Positions 11,294-22,400 of a stretch of 64,000 nt of DNA are shown here, piece after piece. A model generated the notes under the pieces. The model ran no database searches. It saw only the letters and a list, made by a program, of their open reading frames with translations, and was not told the origin of the DNA. A program made the position numbers and the translations under genes. This DNA comes from Nitrosopumilus sp. (GTDB lineage: Archaea > Thermoproteota > Nitrososphaeria > Nitrososphaerales > Nitrosopumilaceae): positions 864,001 to 928,000 of the forward strand of contig CBDBLX010000002.1 of the NCBI GenBank assembly GCA_965207445.1, given 5' to 3'. The stretch's first letter is position 1. The number at the start of each line of letters is the position of its first letter.

Positions 11294-11368
11294 CGGACCC
11301 GACCGGATTCGAACCGGCGACCTAACGCTCCGCAAGCGTTCGCACTATCCATGCTATGCAACGAGTCC
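11294..11368 (-). tRNA. tRNA-Arg(GCG)
   Basis: Reverse complement folds as cloverleaf: GGACTCG/CGGGTCC acceptor, AACGC-TTGCGGA-GCGTT anticodon arm, GGTTCGAATCC T-arm. Confidence 0.95.
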
Positions 11369-11598
11369 GATCTTTTTGCCATAAACGCGCTTAATTTGGT
11401 TTACTAATTATACCCGATATTTGTTCTCTTCTGATGTTGGCACGATTTATCCATATTCAAACTAGTATAATCTGTGCTTGTATTTTGTGACAAAATATAC
11501 AACCTTGACTATATCATTACAACTGTAACAACAACAACAACAACTGCCACCACCACCACCCACACAATTAATCTACTATAATTACCCGTAGCGCTTTA

Positions 11599-12030
11599 TT
11601 ACTTGGTGTTTTGTCGTACAATCTCTGCAATATATGCCTCGTACTCTGACATCTCTTGTTTAAAAGAACCATATGCCCACTCTTCTTGTGTTTCATGACA
11701 TTTGAGATCTGACATATTCTTCTCTATGTCCAATGCATGTATCTTTAATTCTTCTAATTTTTTTGTATTTTCTAGTTTGTTGTCGTTATTGTTGCTACCA
11801 CTGTCATTGTAGTTGTTTTTATTGGCATTTGTTTGTGATACTATTGCAGTCTGAACTAATATATCTGCGCTCTGCCTTGTCAATGTTCTACATTTTTCTA
11901 TTGTATCCTGATCTAGTGATTGTGTATCGTTGCTATCATTTGACACAAACAACAAAAACGCATATAGTGAAACTGTAAACACTATTACTATAATAATTCC
12001 TGATATTATTTTTTTATCAAAACTGTCCAA
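11599..12030 (-). CDS. Hypothetical membrane-anchored protein
   Basis: 143-aa ORF with an N-terminal hydrophobic helix; TTG start. Confidence 0.7.
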   Translation of the reverse strand: MDSFDKKIISGIIIVIVFTVSLYAFLLFVSNDSNDTQSLDQDTIEKCRTLTRQSADILVQTAIVSQTNANKNNYNDSGSNNNDNKLENTKKLEELKIHALDIEKNMSDLKCHETQEEWAYGSFKQEMSEYEAYIAEIVRQNTK

Positions 12031-12042
12031 TTCTAGATCTTC

Positions 12043-12456
12043 TTATGTGATTCTCTGAGCAGTCCACTCTTTTCCTATCCAAATACCTGCTACCTCTATA
12101 CCATCTTGACTTTTTGTTGTATCATCTAGTAATCCGTACTTGGTTTTCCATGATTTTATGACTTCGATTGATTTTTTGATGTGTTTTTTGTGCTCTTCAT
12201 CTGATACTGGATTTCCTGCACAATCATAATGTCCTGATATTACTATAAGCCGTGATTTATGTTTTTGTACAGATATGCGTATCATATCAACAAATGGTTC
12301 AATACATGTTTCATCTGCCACCGTTTTATCTATGCCTGGCGCAGTTATGGTATCGACATAATCGACATTATAATTTTCCCTTATCCAATCTGAAACAACA
12401 TTTTGAATTCTACCGTCCATACAACTGACAGCAGTTGCAAATCTACCTGTTGCCAT
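12043..12456 (-). CDS. Putative beta-class-like carbonic anhydrase
   Basis: CMDGR and HYDCAGNP zinc-ligand motifs. Confidence 0.75.
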   Translation of the reverse strand: MATGRFATAVSCMDGRIQNVVSDWIRENYNVDYVDTITAPGIDKTVADETCIEPFVDMIRISVQKHKSRLIVISGHYDCAGNPVSDEEHKKHIKKSIEVIKSWKTKYGLLDDTTKSQDGIEVAGIWIGKEWTAQRIT

Positions 12457-12599
12457 TATCTGTATGTTATATTAGTATAATAAAACTATTTTTCTCAAAA
12501 TATATGTACACAATTTTAAGAATTAAAAACAAAATTATTCGTTGTTGTTGTGTATGTGCGTATTGTCTTGGCAACTCAACAAAACTATATTCGTATATA

Positions 12600-13013
12600 T
12601 CATGATGATTTTACACGCATAATCTTTGTTTTGTCCATAACTACCCAATATTCCACATTTTGACCATTTTCTAGACTACCCTTTACTTCCTCATCAACTA
12701 GAGAGACATCAATTGTCTCAAATGTCTCATTATCCATCACTTGAACTATATCCCCTGACATTGATATTATTTGACCAATTTTTTTGTTTATCATTGGAAC
12801 ATGAATCTGCATGCTGACTGGTCCTACATGTGGCCTCTTTTGACCGTCAAATATTCCCTCACCTACAATTCTTGCTTTTGCAGCACCATGTTTGCCTGGT
12901 TTTGATGTGTCATACTCTACTATTCTACATGGCTCACCACTTGGTTGGTCTGAGTGTGGTAGTAGTATGTATGATCCTATCTTCAACGATCCGAGATCCG
13001 CGGGTTTGCTCAT
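12600..13013 (-). CDS. eif5a: Translation factor aIF-5A
   Basis: SKPGKHGAAK hypusine motif. Confidence 0.97.
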   Translation of the reverse strand: MSKPADLGSLKIGSYILLPHSDQPSGEPCRIVEYDTSKPGKHGAAKARIVGEGIFDGQKRPHVGPVSMQIHVPMINKKIGQIISMSGDIVQVMDNETFETIDVSLVDEEVKGSLENGQNVEYWVVMDKTKIMRVKSS

Positions 13014-13076
13014 ACAAATAGCGTTTTTCTGGAATATTTTAATCCTTGTTACTGAAAGCTTGAGGGGCGGAACACT

Positions 13077-13679
13077 CTATTTTATTTGCTCTAGTATAGA
13101 TAAACTCATCAAGTTTGTCATAGATAGTCCTTTTCGGTTCATTTCACGCCTTGTTTGATCACAATATTTTTTGACACTTTGGTAACTTTTTTCACTTGTC
13201 GCCTCTATTACCACCATATTTTCATAATATGGAAATACAAACTTTGAAGGATTTTTACTAAACGTACTCATATTTCCTATACCTGCCTTTGCAATTTTCT
13301 CTCGTCGCAATAACAATAGTGCTATCTCTGATGCGTCCTCGCTATATTCACAATAATACACCGATACAAAATTTGTATCACCTTGAACTTCTCTCTCAAA
13401 AAGGTCATCTTTAATACTAAATACAAATGCTCTTTTTTCCTGATCGTATTCGTCTAGATCTTTTATTATTTCGTAATCACTTTCAAATTTTGCGAGTAGG
13501 TAATGATTTGCCGTATCTGTAAAATATGATTTACTGTCTGGAGAAAATGTTCCTGTTACAAAATACATGTTTTTAATGTTTTTTGAACCCATCCAAATTT
13601 CTTTTAATTCGATTGATTCATGAGTGTGCAAATATGGTATGCACACATAGCCTGAATATGCAAATTCTAACTTGGACAT
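13077..13679 (-). CDS. Hypothetical protein
   Basis: 200-aa ORF with host-like composition, co-oriented with aIF-5A. Confidence 0.75.
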   Translation of the reverse strand: MSKLEFAYSGYVCIPYLHTHESIELKEIWMGSKNIKNMYFVTGTFSPDSKSYFTDTANHYLLAKFESDYEIIKDLDEYDQEKRAFVFSIKDDLFEREVQGDTNFVSVYYCEYSEDASEIALLLLRREKIAKAGIGNMSTFSKNPSKFVFPYYENMVVIEATSEKSYQSVKKYCDQTRREMNRKGLSMTNLMSLSILEQIK

Positions 13680-14584
13680 AAAATTTTGTTTCTTATATTG
13701 TATTTATGCTTTTGAGTGTATGAGTTTTACTTGAAGAGTCGGGAATCATGTCACCCTGGACATATGTAACATTTTACTATAGTTAATTATATTTAGTAAT
13801 ACCATGTGGCTCCAATGATGTGTGTGTGTGCGCCTCAACGACAATTCAACAGACTATCCGTAAAAAAGTTCTCAAAGGATATGGTCCATAGAGTGATGTT
13901 GGCAGACTGCCGTGCATGCAAAGAAACAGGAAAGAAAAAACAGCCGCAGTAGCGCATGTACCTGCCATGATCATCGAGGATCCACCAGAACGGTTTGTCA
14001 TATATCACAACACTTGCTCATATTACAATCTTTATGGTCAGATACTGATCAGTACATCATACAAAAAAAGAACGCTTTCAGAGGGAGAATCTCACCAAAA
14101 CGACGTCTGAACTGACCTGCACATTATGGATTGGGAGTACCCTCTTCCCACTTCCAACAGCGTATGTTATACACCGTGAGTAAAAATCCGATTATTTTAT
14201 ATCCAATTCACTGAATCTACACCATTACATCCTACACTAGTTGCCAAAAATTGGTATCAGACCATGTTGTAGGAAATACATGTCACAACTCCGTGGGGTG
14301 ACATAATTTTCTGACACTACGGTGTATGGATTTTACTAATATGCCACTTTTATTATTGCATGTCACTATGTGCACACAATAACTACACACAATATACGCT
14401 TGTAGAGAACCGGCGGTATCTTTGTGACACTAAACCTTCACTATATATGAACATTATGTTTACTTTACATTATTGCACAACAATAGTCATAATTGCTAAA
14501 CCTGATATACAACAATATTGATTTTCAACGCAACAAAACTTACTCAAGGATGGTTTTTTAATGGCTGTATCTGAGTTTATTCGT

Positions 14585-14708
14585 CCCAAGCTAGCTCAGC
14601 CTGGTAGAGCTTCCGGCTGTAGTTGTCGGCTTATGGCTGACTCGATAACAGCATATCAGGCATACAGAAACCGGGCCGTCGAAGGTTCAACTCCTTCGCT
14701 TGGGACCA
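14585..14708 (+). tRNA. tRNA-Tyr(GTA) with 47-nt intron at 37/38 (14623-14669) and encoded CCA
   Basis: CCCAAGC/GCTTGGG acceptor (C1-G72, A73), anticodon CT-GTA-G, intron TACAG pairs with the exon as in a bulge-helix-bulge, GGTTCAACTCC T-arm. Confidence 0.93.
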
Positions 14709-14987
14709 CAACCATTGATCTGTGTTTTTGTACTGTGACTGATACTATATACTCAATAAATCGATATTATATTGTCATGACCCTATCTGTGTGTAATTGT
14801 TCATCCTCTTCCCAAATTTAAGCATAAATTCACCGTCTAGCGTCTGACACAGACACGAGGGGAATTGAATGGTCTCTATCTGTGATTATTTTATGTTATC
14901 ATCTATTCATTGGAGTGCGTTATTTAATTTAGTCAACTAAATACTTGATTTTTTGTGTATATACAAAGCTCTGAGATTCTACATTTG

Positions 14988-15057
14988 GTGTGAACCGAGC
15001 TCCGTGCCTAGAAAATCCACCAAACGCCATTTTCCACGCACAGAGCTTGGTTCACAC
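14988..15057. mobile_element. 70-bp MITE (family B), 20-bp TIR, 8-bp TSD TACATTTG
   Basis: gtgtgaaccgagctccgtgc versus rc gtgtgaaccaagctctgtgc; tacatttg at 14980-14987 and 15058-15065. Confidence 0.85.
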
Positions 15058-15313
15058 TACATTTGTAATGACAAATACAAATATCTGGAATTTACATTAT
15101 AACTAGATCAAATAAAATAATATCTCAAAAGTAAAAATAACCTTGATGATTTTTATTTGCGACTGTTAACTTGTATGTATACTTGTTACATGTTACGATA
15201 TGTACAAAAAACAACAATCTTGTTTTTGTCAAATCAAATATTCTCATATATACTAATTACTATTTTTTTTAAAAAATAAAAATATAGTTGGATAGTTTTT
15301 ATGTAGTTATATG

Positions 15314-15670
15314 TTAGTTATTTTTTCTCTTTACTGAGAACACTTTTTCTTTGTTTTCTTGTATGTCAAAATATGTGCGATATAACATCTTTTGATCTTT
15401 GTCTGTGATGACTTGTGAGTTATGACACTTTGCGCACATAATTGTTCCTCTATCCACTATTTTACGTTGTGGCCTCCATGTTTTACCACAGTCACATTCG
15501 TAACCGTATACTTTGGCTTGGACAACAATATCTTTTGCTGCTGAACCACACTGTTTGCATATTGGATCTGGATTTCGACCGTATTTACTACGTTTGGTAT
15601 CCCAAATATTGTGGCATTTTTTGCATACATACCCATCAATGAGTACTGGTCTTAGCGGCGTTCTTGCCAT
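15314..15670 (-). CDS. Small double zinc-ribbon protein
   Basis: CKKC/CKQC and CDC/CAKC cysteine pairs; basic. Confidence 0.7.
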   Translation of the reverse strand: MARTPLRPVLIDGYVCKKCHNIWDTKRSKYGRNPDPICKQCGSAAKDIVVQAKVYGYECDCGKTWRPQRKIVDRGTIMCAKCHNSQVITDKDQKMLYRTYFDIQENKEKVFSVKRKNN

Positions 15671-15978
15671 GCTTGTATGATATAATAGTGTTATTTATAG
15701 ATATTAATTATTGATATTATAATATAAAATATTGACTGGATAATTTTGTATTTGTCAATTTATGTATCTGGTAGTCAATTTCATTACCAATTAATGTAAT
15801 TATGATGATTTAATTTAATCTTAAATTATAATTTTATATGGTGTTGTTATTAGACGTTTTGATTTATCTCTTAAATAATTATTTTTATTTAATATATATA
15901 CTCTAAATTAAAATGAACATGTATATTAACTCTAGTTAATAAAAATGGATAATGTATAAAAACTAGGTGTTCAATATC

Positions 15979-16167
15979 CTAAAATTTTTTAACTTTTTGT
16001 GCGGCGGGGCCTTTTTTACCTTCGCCAACTTCAAACTCTACCTTGTCGCCTTCGTTGATAAATCCGTCAACGTCTGTTTTATGTACAAACAGATCGTCAC
16101 CTGATTCGCGTTCGATAAAGCCGTAGCCTTTAATACGGTTGAACCATTTTACGGTACCTTGTTCCAT
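15979..16167 (-). CDS. csp: Cold-shock protein
   Basis: GTVKWFN, KGYGFI (RNP1), LFVH (RNP2). Confidence 0.95.
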   Translation of the reverse strand: MEQGTVKWFNRIKGYGFIERESGDDLFVHKTDVDGFINEGDKVEFEVGEGKKGPAAQKVKKF

Positions 16168-16819
16168 TTAATTATGCCCAATATTGTCTCTATATTAATC
16201 AAAGGTGTGATCATCCTCTTCCTAGTAATGACGATTTTTCACCTTTTTTTGTAACGTTTTTCTGCAAAAATCATACCTACACCATCTGCATTTTGTCTTG
16301 TACTCTTATTTGAAGCAAGAGGCAATTTATGGCGAATTTTTCAAATAGAAAACTTCCGGTTGGATTTAGTTTATCTCTGACATAAATATTCCATTAATCA
16401 TAAATGACACCTCTCTCTCTCTATACTTTATCTCATCTATGTAAAATGACTGTGGTCCTGATCAATGGTCTGATAACTCCAATGCTGATGCCTCTAGTTT
16501 CTATTGCCCTTTTGATCATTGCATTCTCTTTTCTCTTATGTGCGTGACAATACTGTTTGTAAGTTTTGATAATTGTAGTGATTTTGAATTCTGTATGTTC
16601 TCAAGATTTTGTGTGTGTGTTGTGTATTTCTACAAGCGATATTGAATTGTCATTTTTAATGTTTGGTTTATTGTTTGTCCCAATCAATGCTGTACTTTTG
16701 TTGGCTTGTATTTGACAACATCCTTGCTTTTTTTTTGCTCTTGTAAATGTCACATGTGTATGTGTACTATTGTGCATTGATGATATGCGTATTGGATCGT
16801 CATCTTGATTTCAGGCTGA

Positions 16820-17131
16820 TCAAAAGTCTTTTGGAATGTGATCGTTTGCCTTTAACCATTCGACTTGCGGTAGTGTAAACCTCCATACAATGTCACCTTT
16901 TTCTGCCTCATTAAAGTCCCAAGGTGCAATAATCACTATGTCATTATCACGTATCCAGACTCGACGTTTAAGCTTGCCTCTTATGCGTCCTTTACGTGCT
17001 ATGCCATCTGTACATTTTATTAGGACAATCTCACCTCCGAGCATCTTGAGAACTCTGCCAAACATTTCTCCTTCTTCTGGAAGACGTATCTCTTTTAGTG
17101 CACTTTCACTTTTAACTTGTCGTTTTCCCAT
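16820..17131 (-). CDS. eif1a: Translation initiation factor aIF-1A
   Basis: GRIRGKLKRRVWIR...APWDF motif; start moved to ATG 17131. Confidence 0.95.
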   Translation of the reverse strand: MGKRQVKSESALKEIRLPEEGEMFGRVLKMLGGEIVLIKCTDGIARKGRIRGKLKRRVWIRDNDIVIIAPWDFNEAEKGDIVWRFTLPQVEWLKANDHIPKDF

Positions 17132-17422
17132 AACATGTATGTTGATTCTTGGAATATAACTTGTCACTTTTGAGAATTACTTGTAGTTTTGTTTTAATTT
17201 TTAAATATTGCATGTTTGGTTTGTTGTTGGTTTTCTTGATGAACATTTAAAATTTATATCTAATTTAATGTGTGCATTGTGCCATCTCATTTCAAAAACA
17301 TAAAACCGTTTTCAAGTTTATAAATATGATTTCATTAAAATAATAGTGCGTCGTTGATCTATACTCTTTGACAAATCATCATAATCCAAAAGAAATTTTA
17401 CCCTCTATCTTGTATTTGAATT

Positions 17423-18046
17423 GTGGATTTTAACTGCGTACCTGATTGCTCAGATTGTTGTATAAAACGTGAATATTATCCTGATAAACGATTTGGCAAA
17501 ATTGGTGTCTTGATACTGCCCAACGAACGTGACTTAATTGCCAAACATGCATCAGAGTTGGGAATTGATGTACGTGTTGTGCCTAGGATAGGTGTTTCTG
17601 CGCGTGATAATACCTGTGATAATTCGTCACACCCTACAAAAATACTTGCATATCAAATGATGGGCAGAGATGATAACGGAGATACATGCCCATTTCTTGA
17701 TACTAGTAGTGGTACCACATCACCTCATGGTGGATTTCCGTGTCGCATATATGAGAAACGGCCTCTTGCATGTGCAGCATATCCTCTTGTAGAAATTGAT
17801 CCTATTGTACTGGATCAAAAATGCAAATTCTGCAAAGAGTATTGTGCTATTGATGACCATACAATAAAGGAAACTGATGCCACTGTGAAACGTGAAAGCT
17901 TAATCTCTGAGACAAATGCCCTTGCCACAATAAAAAATAATGTACAGTCTTCTGATCCTATAATATGGAGATATGCAACTGCAATAGGCGATAAAAAAGA
18001 TCGTAAACACTTTTTAAAATCTGGTTGGTTTAAGACTAGCCACTAA
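17423..18046 (+). CDS. YkgJ-family cysteine cluster protein
   Basis: CVPDCSDCC, CPFL, CRIYEKRPLAC motifs. Confidence 0.85.
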   Translation: MDFNCVPDCSDCCIKREYYPDKRFGKIGVLILPNERDLIAKHASELGIDVRVVPRIGVSARDNTCDNSSHPTKILAYQMMGRDDNGDTCPFLDTSSGTTSPHGGFPCRIYEKRPLACAAYPLVEIDPIVLDQKCKFCKEYCAIDDHTIKETDATVKRESLISETNALATIKNNVQSSDPIIWRYATAIGDKKDRKHFLKSGWFKTSH

Positions 18047-18145
18047 TTATATAATCTTGTTATAAATGATTTATTAAATTTAATCAACGTATGTTATTTT
18101 ATTTGTTTGTAAAAATTGGGTGTTGCTATGTTTATTGCACTCTAA

Positions 18146-19213
18146 TCATTCTGGATTTATTACTGCGCGTCCTATTATTTTGCGTTCTTTGAGCGCTTGC
18201 AATGCATCATTTACCTCTGATAATTTGTAATGTTTTGATATTACTGGGTTTATCGCACCTTTTCTTGCAATCTTTAAGATTTCTACCATGTCTGTATAGT
18301 TTCCTGTGTATGCACCTTGAATTGTAATTGCTTTTAGTGGAATAGTTACTAGTGAGATCTCAAGTGAGCCACCAAATAACCCGACCATTACTAGGTTGCC
18401 TCGTTTGCGCAATATGTTCAATCCAAGTTGCGCAGTTGGTGGTGCATTCACAAAATCCACCACACTATCTACACCCTTATTCAGAGTAATCTCCATTATC
18501 TGTTTTTGAGCTTGTGATGAGTCTTTAGAACTAATCGCATAATTTGCACCTATCTCTTGTGCTGTTTGTAATTTTTTATCATCCAAATCCACACAAATTA
18601 TCTCTGCTTTTGTAATTGCCTTTGCTATCTGTATGCCCATAAGGCCAAGTCCACCTGCGCCTATTATGGCTATATATTTTGGCAAATTAACATTTGCCTT
18701 TTTAATTGATGTATATGCCGTCAATCCAGAGCACGCAAGTGATGTGGCCGCATCCGGGTCAACCCCGTCTAGTTTTGCCAAGTATTTGTAACTTGGTATT
18801 ATTACATAATCTGCATATCCGCCGTCCTGAAATATGCCCATCGATCTGGGCTCATCACACAAATTCTCATTTCCTGCATCACATGCAGGACAACTCTCAC
18901 ATCCTATCCATGGGTATACAAGTACTTTGTCACCAATAGTGAATTGATTTGCCTCTATGGCATCTTTACCCATCTCTGTTATCGTTCCTGCTATCTCGTG
19001 TCCTGGTGTTATGGGATACTTTACTCCCCTATCAGTCACTTTCATGATCTTGCCGTCTCCCATGTCATATCCTCCCTCCCACAAATGCAAGTCACTATGG
19101 CATACACCTGTTGAATTCACCTTTAACAAGACCTGCTCACCATTTGGATGTGGCGTATCTGTCTGTACCATGACTAGTGGCTTGTTTGCATCCATGATCT
19201 TGGCAGATAACAT
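18146..19213 (-). CDS. Zn-dependent alcohol dehydrogenase
   Basis: GVCHSD, GHE, CxxCxxC-x7-C, GAGGLG. Confidence 0.93.
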   Translation of the reverse strand: MLSAKIMDANKPLVMVQTDTPHPNGEQVLLKVNSTGVCHSDLHLWEGGYDMGDGKIMKVTDRGVKYPITPGHEIAGTITEMGKDAIEANQFTIGDKVLVYPWIGCESCPACDAGNENLCDEPRSMGIFQDGGYADYVIIPSYKYLAKLDGVDPDAATSLACSGLTAYTSIKKANVNLPKYIAIIGAGGLGLMGIQIAKAITKAEIICVDLDDKKLQTAQEIGANYAISSKDSSQAQKQIMEITLNKGVDSVVDFVNAPPTAQLGLNILRKRGNLVMVGLFGGSLEISLVTIPLKAITIQGAYTGNYTDMVEILKIARKGAINPVISKHYKLSEVNDALQALKERKIIGRAVINPE

Positions 19214-19299
19214 ACATGGCTTCTTTATATTTATAATATAAGAGTTGACTCGCAAATAGTCTAAACATGTATGTATATGTTGTATGATTGTATATAGTA

Positions 19300-20265
19300 A
19301 TGGCGAACAATAGCCACTCTAATGCAAATGTTGGAAATGCTGATGGTAAAGACGTTGCTAGTGATAATGATGCATCTATTACTCGAACTACTACTACTAC
19401 TAATAATACTCCTAACAATAACAACAATCCTAGACGGCGTACTAAATCTGATAATATCACTAGTGCTGCCAACGTGGATGAATTTGAGCAAGGAATATCA
19501 AAAGAACCTGTTAGTATTCTGTTTGATGCACCATCAACAGTGACAAAACGTGACGTTTGGCAGATTGACCTTATTCAGATACTTGACATACTTGTATCGA
19601 TTATTGAGCGATCAGGCAAAAAAGACTTACGTGTTGCTGGTATGGCCGCTCTATCATCATCTCTTATATATCGATTAAAAGTTGAGAGCATCTCTGCACT
19701 TCACAAAGCTGCCATGGCGCCAAAAAACTCCCCTATACGTCGTCAGGATGTTGACATTGAGATGATCGGAATTCCATACAGACATGAACCTACATATCCT
19801 GTCACGTTTGATGATCTACTTGGGTTATTGCAGGACTTGATCGGTACTATGGCAAACCCTAAAACACGTGGTAGGAGCCGAAAGCCCTTGATCCAAGATC
19901 TGGCACAACCACCTGTATTTGAAAATTATCTATTGTCACTTGAGACCGTAATTGGACAGTATCGTGATATGATAATGCGAAAGATTGGGGATGTGGGACA
20001 TGGAATTTTACAGGATATTACTGAAAATTTGGATGCTCTTGATTCTGTAAGATGTTTTTTTGCTGCCTTGTTTTTGGCGCGCGACGGCGTTGTTGATTTG
20101 GAACAGGTGGGTGATGATATTCGTATTATATTGATACCACAGATAGGTGATAATGATGATGGTGGTGGTGGTGATAATAATAATGATGATAAAAACAATG
20201 ATGATGGTAATGTCGATGACGTTTCTTTTGATACTGGTCGTGTATTATCTGGTGGCACGCACTAG
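19300..20265 (+). CDS. scpA: Segregation/condensation protein A (kleisin) with low-complexity terminal extensions
   Basis: DVWQIDL N-terminal motif, FFAALFLAR..VDLEQ C-terminal winged helix; upstream of scpB. Confidence 0.85.
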   Translation: MANNSHSNANVGNADGKDVASDNDASITRTTTTTNNTPNNNNNPRRRTKSDNITSAANVDEFEQGISKEPVSILFDAPSTVTKRDVWQIDLIQILDILVSIIERSGKKDLRVAGMAALSSSLIYRLKVESISALHKAAMAPKNSPIRRQDVDIEMIGIPYRHEPTYPVTFDDLLGLLQDLIGTMANPKTRGRSRKPLIQDLAQPPVFENYLLSLETVIGQYRDMIMRKIGDVGHGILQDITENLDALDSVRCFFAALFLARDGVVDLEQVGDDIRIILIPQIGDNDDGGGGDNNNDDKNNDDGNVDDVSFDTGRVLSGGTH

Positions 20266-20549
20266 TGCAAAAACAAAAATGAATATTTCATTTACACCTC
20301 ATCGAAGAATTCTAATTAATTGCTAGTCACGTTGCATGTGAGTATAACTGATTGGGTGCTAGTACAATCATACGCAAAATTGATCTCAAACTTTGCTAAA
20401 TTAATGTCATATGTGATGTACTATGTAATTTTTGATTTTGTCGTAAAATCTAACACAAACATAAAATCTGGATTACACACAAAAAGTAATAATAACAATT
20501 ATGGTAATGATATTGATGATGATGTTGATGTGGTGGCGGTGATGACATA

Positions 20550-21125
20550 ATGGCAAAGATCACTGATATAAACGAGGCTACAGCAAGAGTAGAGTCTGCG
20601 CTTTATTCTGCTGGCAGACCACTCAAAGAAGACGACTTGTTACGCGCATCTGGCACAGAATCTCGTACAAAGACTAAAAGCATTATCCAGAGCATAATGA
20701 AGAAAACAAAGACTGCATTCAAAGCAATAGAAGTCGTGACACTTCCAGATGGCACTTATGTATTACAACTAAAGCCTGAATACAGCGCCACTGTAAAACG
20801 TTATGCCTCAAAACCAATATTACCGCAGGCGACACTTAAAACACTCTCGTATATTGCATGGACACAACCTGTATCATCAAAACAACTCGTAGAGGCTCGT
20901 GGTTCAGGTGTCTATTCACACCTCAAAGAACTCCAACAGTTAGATTACATCAAACATGAAAGTGCAGGTAGAATAAAGATCTACACTACAACTATCAAAT
21001 TCCAAAAATATTTTGGTATAACTGGCGATGCAGATGACCTCCGAGACAAACTCTTCTCAAAGGTTCGAAAGACTGCCGAGTCTACTAAAAATACTTCTAC
21101 AACCAACTCTCAAACACATGTGTAA
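20550..21125 (+). CDS. scpB: SMC-Scp complex subunit ScpB
   Basis: ESALYSAGRP, LKTLSYIAxxQP, YTTTxKFxxYFG. Confidence 0.93.
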   Translation: MAKITDINEATARVESALYSAGRPLKEDDLLRASGTESRTKTKSIIQSIMKKTKTAFKAIEVVTLPDGTYVLQLKPEYSATVKRYASKPILPQATLKTLSYIAWTQPVSSKQLVEARGSGVYSHLKELQQLDYIKHESAGRIKIYTTTIKFQKYFGITGDADDLRDKLFSKVRKTAESTKNTSTTNSQTHV

Positions 21126-21498
21126 ACATACGCCAAATTGCCACCGTACAATTTATTGATTCTCACACAACTGTGACTGAAAACACGTTTTATTCTTATA
21201 TGTGATTAGATTTTGTTATATGTGGGATCTAAATTTGTTATATCGTAGTTGTATTTTTACAACGACCATATCATGAATGAAAATTATGCACAGGATTCAG
21301 CAAATACATTGATTAAATGCAATCTAGTTTTATAGTGATGCAGTAATTATCTACAGAATTTAATGTGTTTAGTTATGTTACATTAATTGTATAAATTGGT
21401 AATATCCTTGTCAATACACGCGTTAAACCTGTGTCAAAAACCACATACTATATATTCAATTATAATGGGGTACAAGTAACTATATAGAACATAATTTG

Positions 21499-21579
21499 GT
21501 AACCGTTCAACCCCTTCGAAAATTTAGGCACAAACTCGCCCCCTAGTATATAGCGCAGACACTAGAACTAAACGGTTAT
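21499..21579 (-). mobile_element. 81-bp MITE (family A), 9-bp TSD CATAATTTG
   Basis: gtaaccgttcaacccc end; cataatttg at 21490-21498 and 21580-21588. Confidence 0.85.
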
Positions 21580-21627
21580 CATAATTTGATCACGCACGTA
21601 TAAATTAGAGGTTTATGTGTGTATGAT

Positions 21628-22026
21628 ATGCGAAAATCTGTTGAAAACCTTGCAACTAGCAAATCAACTGGTGGAAGACGTCATCCACTTCGAATACGCC
21701 GAAAGTATGAGATTGACCGATATCCAAATGAGGCTATAAACAGCGCTCAGGAGACGATAACTAGACGTGTGAGAGGTAACAATCACAAGACTGCACTAAA
21801 ATCAATTGACTTTGTGAATTTAGCAACTGGAGATTTTAAGACAAAAAAATCCAAAATACTAAAGGTGCTGGACAATTTAACAAATAATGATTACAAGCGT
21901 CGTGGAATAATTACAAAAGGTGCAATTTTAGAGACCGAAGATGGTAAATGTCGCGTAGTCTCAAAACCTGGACAAACTGGTGTGGTAAATGCCGTATTGG
22001 TTCGGCCAGATGATACAACTCTATAA
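21628..22026 (+). CDS. rps8e: 30S ribosomal protein S8e
   Basis: KSTGGR, RVRGNN.K, IITKGAI, SKPGQTGVVNA. Confidence 0.96.
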   Translation: MRKSVENLATSKSTGGRRHPLRIRRKYEIDRYPNEAINSAQETITRRVRGNNHKTALKSIDFVNLATGDFKTKKSKILKVLDNLTNNDYKRRGIITKGAILETEDGKCRVVSKPGQTGVVNAVLVRPDDTTL

Positions 22027-22028
22027 TC

Positions 22029-22139
22029 GTGTGAACCAACTTATTTTGATATAATAATAAGATCATATACATTTAAGATTTATTATCAGACAACAGACCA
22101 ATATTTTTACACAATTCATCTCAGACATTTAGTTCACAT
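22029..22139. mobile_element. Degenerate MITE with family-B ends
   Basis: gtgtgaaccaac ... agttcacat; 5' part resembles the 45562 copy. Confidence 0.5.
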
Positions 22140-22146
22140 AGATTTC

Positions 22147-22318
22147 ACGTCTCAACACAACTAAACATCATACATGGATTTTCTGCCCCCTTGTCACTCT
22201 TTAACTGTACATGATTGTTTCTCTGACCTAATCGGTTTCATTGATTGCTCTCCAAGACTTGTGGTAGAGTGGATAAATGGATACAAAATAAATGTAAAAA
22301 GTTTGGGCGTTGCGTTTT
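22147..22318 (-). pseudogene. IS66-family transposase C-terminal remnant
   Basis: Frameshifted translation NATPKLFTFILYP..TT / QLKSDKGAE..MMFSCVET* parallels the IS66 C-termini at 30886 and 48563. Confidence 0.6.
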
Positions 22319-22400
22319 GTAACCGTTCAACCCCTGGTACTTGCACTAGATGTTAGGCGGCGAATCTGTGCCTAAATTTGGAAAGAGGTTGAACGGTTAC
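22319..22400 (+). mobile_element. MITE family A
   Basis: gtaaccgttcaacccct ... ggttgaacggttac; no TSD seen. Confidence 0.88.

Noticed and set aside
13820..14115. GC-richer stretch with short ORFs, possible mobile remnant
   Set aside because: No recognisable motif in any frame.
14561..14821. 86-aa ORF
   Set aside because: Overlaps tRNA-Tyr.
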